Below, piece after piece: positions 51,807 through 56,000 of a stretch of 56,000 bases of DNA (the stretch's first letter is position 1; every line of letters starts with the position of its first letter). Both the position numbers and the translations under genes were made by a program. The notes under the pieces were generated by a model. That model was not told the DNA's origin, made no database searches, and worked only from the letters and a program-made list of their open reading frames with translations. Where the stretch lies: sequence record MW032452.1; one strand, 5' to 3'. Source of the stretch: Enterobacter phage N5822.

Positions 51807-54800
51807 TGCTTTCTCCTTAAAGGCGGCTCTCGCCGCCTATTGTTTGTTAGTGCTTAACTTCGCCGCCGTTGTGGATCTCGATAAGCTGATTGATCAGTTT
51901 GTCGGTGGATTCCTTCATCATCTTGATTGCTTCGGGATCCTCTTTAACCATCAGCGCAGTCGCCACAACGTTATCAACCGCCTCCATCACATCACGGATG
52001 TATTTCATTTCTTCTTCGCCGTCTGCCGGATTGAGCGGCTTAACAAAGTCCTTCATGGCGAAAGTGATGCGGTGTACAAACATACGCATATGAGCTTCAC
52101 ATACCGCGCTGATCATTTCTTCATTGGTGATGTTTTCCATTTTGATATCCTCTCTTTGTTGACTTGATGGAGGCATTATAACACCTCCATTTTCATTTGT
52201 TTAGCTATTTGTGCTGTTTACAGAAATTCTTTGTATTGGCGGCGCACCCAATCAGGAGTAGTTAGCGAAACTTCCGGCGCTCCGTTTGCGTATGAAGGCC
52301 AGATGTTATGCGCCTGACACATTGCAAACTGATTGATCACGCTCATGTACTGAATGCGCCCGATCTTGAGTTGCTCGCTGTTCATTCGGTACGCCAGCGG
52401 CAAGTAAGGCTTTTTCTTCTCCTGCGCCAGAAGTCGAACCACTACGGGGCGCGTTTCGTTAGGGTAAGCCTTGCGGAACAAATCATGCTGCAATGCCATT
52501 TTCAAATAGTAGCCGTGATTGAATGCCAGTCGCTCAAATTCTAGAGGATTGGCGCTCATTGTGGTTTTGTAGTCCGTGATAACAATCGCCTCAGGATAAA
52601 CAACGTCCTCGCAAATCGGCTGCCCTTTGTCGTCATATCCAGTGATTAGCGTAAACTCTACGTTTTCGCACTCGTCAATATGGTCTAGTCTGACCTTTAC
52701 TTTGACTCCATTGATAACGCCGAAAATCGAAAGCTCGCGCTGGGCGGTTGGGCTATTCATGCACGCATTGTGCTCCGGTATCGACTCAAGAACCTGGCGC
52801 ATGGCTACGCAAGCGTCATAATCTTTTGCGTTTACAAGCTCGACTCCAGCCGCACGCGCTTCGGATTCTGCGATCATTTCAATCAGCCATTGAACCTGCA
52901 AATCCTCACCACAATCAACCATCATCTTGATCAGGTCTGGATACTGCTTCCCGCTTGTACCTTTCAGGCCGAATGATTTTAATTTCGCAGCGAGAGCCGT
53001 TTGGGTGGTAATCAGATCCTTGAAGTCCTCCGGCGCTGGCGCTCTGCGATATTGAGCCTCAAACAATGCCTTGCTCTCAAAGTTTGTATGCGACTGAGTG
53101 CCGAAAATTAGCGGCTTTGCGTTGTCGTCTCGCTCCTTGAATTTCCGGGATGCTGGGGAGGACTGGAAAACCTCAGCCAGATTCGATCCGCTTGTGTACT
53201 CAGCCGTCCAGCTATTCGGATCGTGATACTCACTGTTTGGCATTTCTGCGCTAGTGAAAACCTTAAACTCACTCATTCTTTCGCTCCTGTGTGTTGGTAT
53301 ACGTGCATTGTAGCCATTTGTGGCGTTTAGTCAATACCATCAATTGTTTTTTCTGTTCTCGAAACACATCTTTCCGCCTAGATAACAAAATCAGCGCTTA
53401 AGTGCATGATTTTAAACGTCGTTATTTTCTGTTTCATTGTTCACGGATTTGCGGTGGGGTTTATACAAATACACACATAAAATGGCTAATATAGATATCC
53501 AGACGAAAGCAAGCCAATACATCAATTAACACTGAAACAGTGGAAACAATAAATAACAATATACAAATACATATAAACTAAACTATTGATTTTATTATAT
53601 ATTATAGATGATTTATTTTGTTTTTCTGTTCTAAAACGTTGTGCGATTCCACGGTGGGCGCAATCGAAAACACCGAGAAACAAAAAGAACAATCAAGGTA
53701 AAGTTTTGCATTTGTCATTGAAATGATTTCTCCACGGCTGTATATTAAATGCACTCAACAAACAAAGGAGATAACACGATGAAAATTAAACTTTTAGCCA
53801 TTGCAATGATCATGTTTTCCTCTTGCGTTTTCGCTGCAAAGCAGAATAACGGCTCGCCATCAAGCCTCGGCGGTGGCGTGAGCAATATCGAAAACCAGAC
53901 GAAAATCTTTGAAAATACCACGCTAGGAAAGGAGCGTGCGGAATGGTCGAAAGGCCGCGTGATCGAGAAAGGCCAATCTGTAGAGTGTCAAATTGACAAC
54001 CTCATGCGAGGCGGAATTAAAAACTGTTAAAAGAAAAGGAGCCGAAAGGCTCCTTTTTATTAGTACAATCCAGTGCCCTGTGGCGTTACGATTGCCGGGA
54101 TTGGACTTGTGGCGATTCGACCGGAGCCGGATGCGTTTATCCTGATAGATCTCGCTTGACCAGCCGCAAGGTCAACGCTTATCCCGTAAGATTTACCTAC
54201 TGAACGGTCTGTCTGTTCAACTCCATCAACCCAAAAGCGAGTACCAGCCGTATACTCGTTGATTGTAAAGAAAATCGACAACCTTACAGGTAATCGCGGG
54301 TTTCCTGCGTAGTTGATAGTGGTTGATGCGCTGCTTCCAGTTGTTTGCACAAACCTGTCATACATTCGAGATTCGCTAATGTTGCCAACGATCTTGTTTG
54401 CATAAACAGTGCCCGGAAATCACCATCAGTGGCGTAAACGGTTCCGTTAAACACACCGCTACTAGCGTAGACGGTTCCCCTCACAACCACGTTGTTAAAC
54501 TCTGCATATCCGTTTCTGTTGATAGCCCAACCTGCTGCTCCTGACTGCCAGTTATCAGACTGAATGTGCTGTGCGATCTTTGCCGTTGTTATTGAGCCAT
54601 CCTTAATAACAGCCGTATTAATAACCACAACGCCATTCTCAACAACAAAAGGCAAAGTGTAACTGCCGCCCTGCTGAGTCATGACCCCGAATCGCGCCGC
54701 ATCAACCAGGAATTGAGACTGTACGCCGCTTGGAGTCTGAACCAGTGACAGAGAGATACCAGACGTATACTCAAGGCCGCCGCTCTTGATACCCAACTTG

Positions 54801-56000
54801 AGAGCGTACTGAGCGCCTACTTGACCGTTATCAATCCACGAGTCAAGTTTTTGCGTTAACGCCGATTGTGTTTCGCCAATTTGAGTAGAAAGCGCTGTAT
54901 CAGCCGTTGCTCGCGCCTGAGACTCGTTAGCAATCGCCTGGTTAACCTGGCTGATATTAGACGCGATATCTTGCTTCACGCCGTCAATCTGCCCTGAGAA
55001 CTTGGCATCAAGAGAGCTGACTGCCTGAGCCCTTGCCTCAGTCTCGTTTGCAATCGCTTGCTGAGCGCTGCTAACGTTGGCGTTTGTCTTTCCGATCTCA
55101 CTTGTGAACGTAGATTCAAGCTGCTGAACCTGCTGCGCTCGCGTCTCCGACTCGTTAGAGATAAGGGTTTTAACCTCCGTGATGCTTGAGGAAATGCCCT
55201 CGTCAAACTCTGTGCGGAGAATGTCAACCGCCGGATTCGCGCCTCGGTCTCGTTTGCGATAAGCTCCAGCGCTTGTCCGTGCTCCGCTTTACGCTTCCCG
55301 TTTTCTACTCGGTTCCAGCGCAGGTTAGTGTCAATAGCTAGCGCATTCTGGATCACACTTTGCGCCTGGTCTTTAATCTTGTTTGCAGTATCTACGGCAT
55401 TCTCTTTGAACTCCTCAAACCCTGCTGAGTTTAAAATGTCATCAAGAATATCGCCTAATATATCATCAACATTCAGAGACGACATACCGCGCACAAAGTC
55501 AGTCCATGCAGAAACGTTTCCGATCCTGTCAACGCTGCGCACTCGATACCAGTTCACATAACCAGATTCAGCGTGGCGTGCCAGTATTCCATTTGCGGGT
55601 AAGGGACAAGGGTTAACAGCGTAGCGTTTTCTTCACTAACCTTTCCGTCAACGTCCGGCGCTTGCTGTAGCTCGATATACGCCGTATCTCCTGAGCCGTC
55701 AGGCATACCCCACTTAATTCTAATCCCGAAAACTTCATTGTCGGAAGCAGTTAGGTTTATTGGTGCGTTTGGCTCTCCTACCTTACCTGTCAGTGCCGCC
55801 GATGCAATCGCAGACCACGGGGAAGTGCTGCCGGATGCAGAAACAGATCGCACCCTTACAAAGTAGTTGCCTGAGTAAATACCCTCAACGCTAACCTCTT
55901 TGTTTGCAGTCCTCGGAACATTTAGCCAGTTGCTATTGTCCTTTCTCCATTGCACCTCGTACAAGCTTGCGTATTCGACCTTATCCCAGCTAACAACCAT
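51675..56000. repeat. Terminal duplication of the contig, copy 2 (cut by the window end)
   Basis: Same ORFs and sequence as 1-4325, with 3 single-base indels and 1 substitution noted by eye. Confidence 0.97.
54060..56000 (-). CDS. Second copy of the J-like gene (partial), with its C-terminus open
   Basis: Same fragments as 2385-4325. The extra G relative to copy 1 restores ...IATSPIPAIVTPQGTGLY*. Confidence 0.85.

Noticed and set aside
1-56000. Integrase, lysogeny CI module or attachment site
   Set aside because: No integrase-like protein or att-like repeat seen. The HTH gene alone does not imply a temperate lifestyle.

Overview
The window is essentially a whole genome of a T1-like (Drexlerviridae-type) enterobacterial siphophage of about 51.67 kb, plus wrap-around. 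Bases 1-4325 recur at 51675-56000 with 3 single-base indels and 1 substitution found by eye. The structural module is on the minus strand (about 2.4-22.3 kb): J/I/K/L/M-like tail tip, tape measure, G/GT chaperones, tail tube, head-tail connectors, DUF2184-type major capsid, DUF2213-type protein, Mu-F-like protein, DUF1073-type portal, and TerL/TerS. An accessory region of tiny minus-strand ORFs occupies about 22.3-31 kb. Plus-strand genes at 31.6-37 kb include a C5-methyltransferase-like protein and a DUF3987-type primase/helicase. Lysis genes (holin, SAR endolysin, T1-type unimolecular spanin), a phosphoesterase and a Dam-like methylase lie at 37-41 kb. VRR-NUC-like nuclease, SF2 helicase, a Cro/YdaS-like regulator, primase and an S74-type tail fibre lie at 42-48.6 kb. 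SSB, ERF, a RecE-like exonuclease and a Cor-like exported protein complete the circle. Many genes are split by single-base, mostly homopolymer, indels typical of uncorrected long-read sequence, so I give merged spans. The most interesting signal is a dispersed promoter cassette. A palindrome TAGCA-N5-TG(C/T)TA occurs 18 times. In 14 cases it lies 21-23 bp (11 times exactly 22) upstream of a -10-like hexamer, which centres it near -42. A stem-loop lies in the spacer or around the -10 in most copies, a conserved leader (CAACGAAAcgAACTGAGGA) precedes the ATG, and the palindrome's TAG is often the stop codon of the preceding gene. Variants lie without that -10 near the major capsid, tail chaperone and tail-fibre genes and the TerL/portal junction. 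The palindrome just upstream of the HTH regulator gene also serves the divergent helicase promoter, suggesting an autoregulated phage regulon. A second signal is a pair of homologous AT-rich divergent control regions (about 1.63-2.0 kb and 31.0-31.36 kb) sharing TTGCGGTGGG elements.
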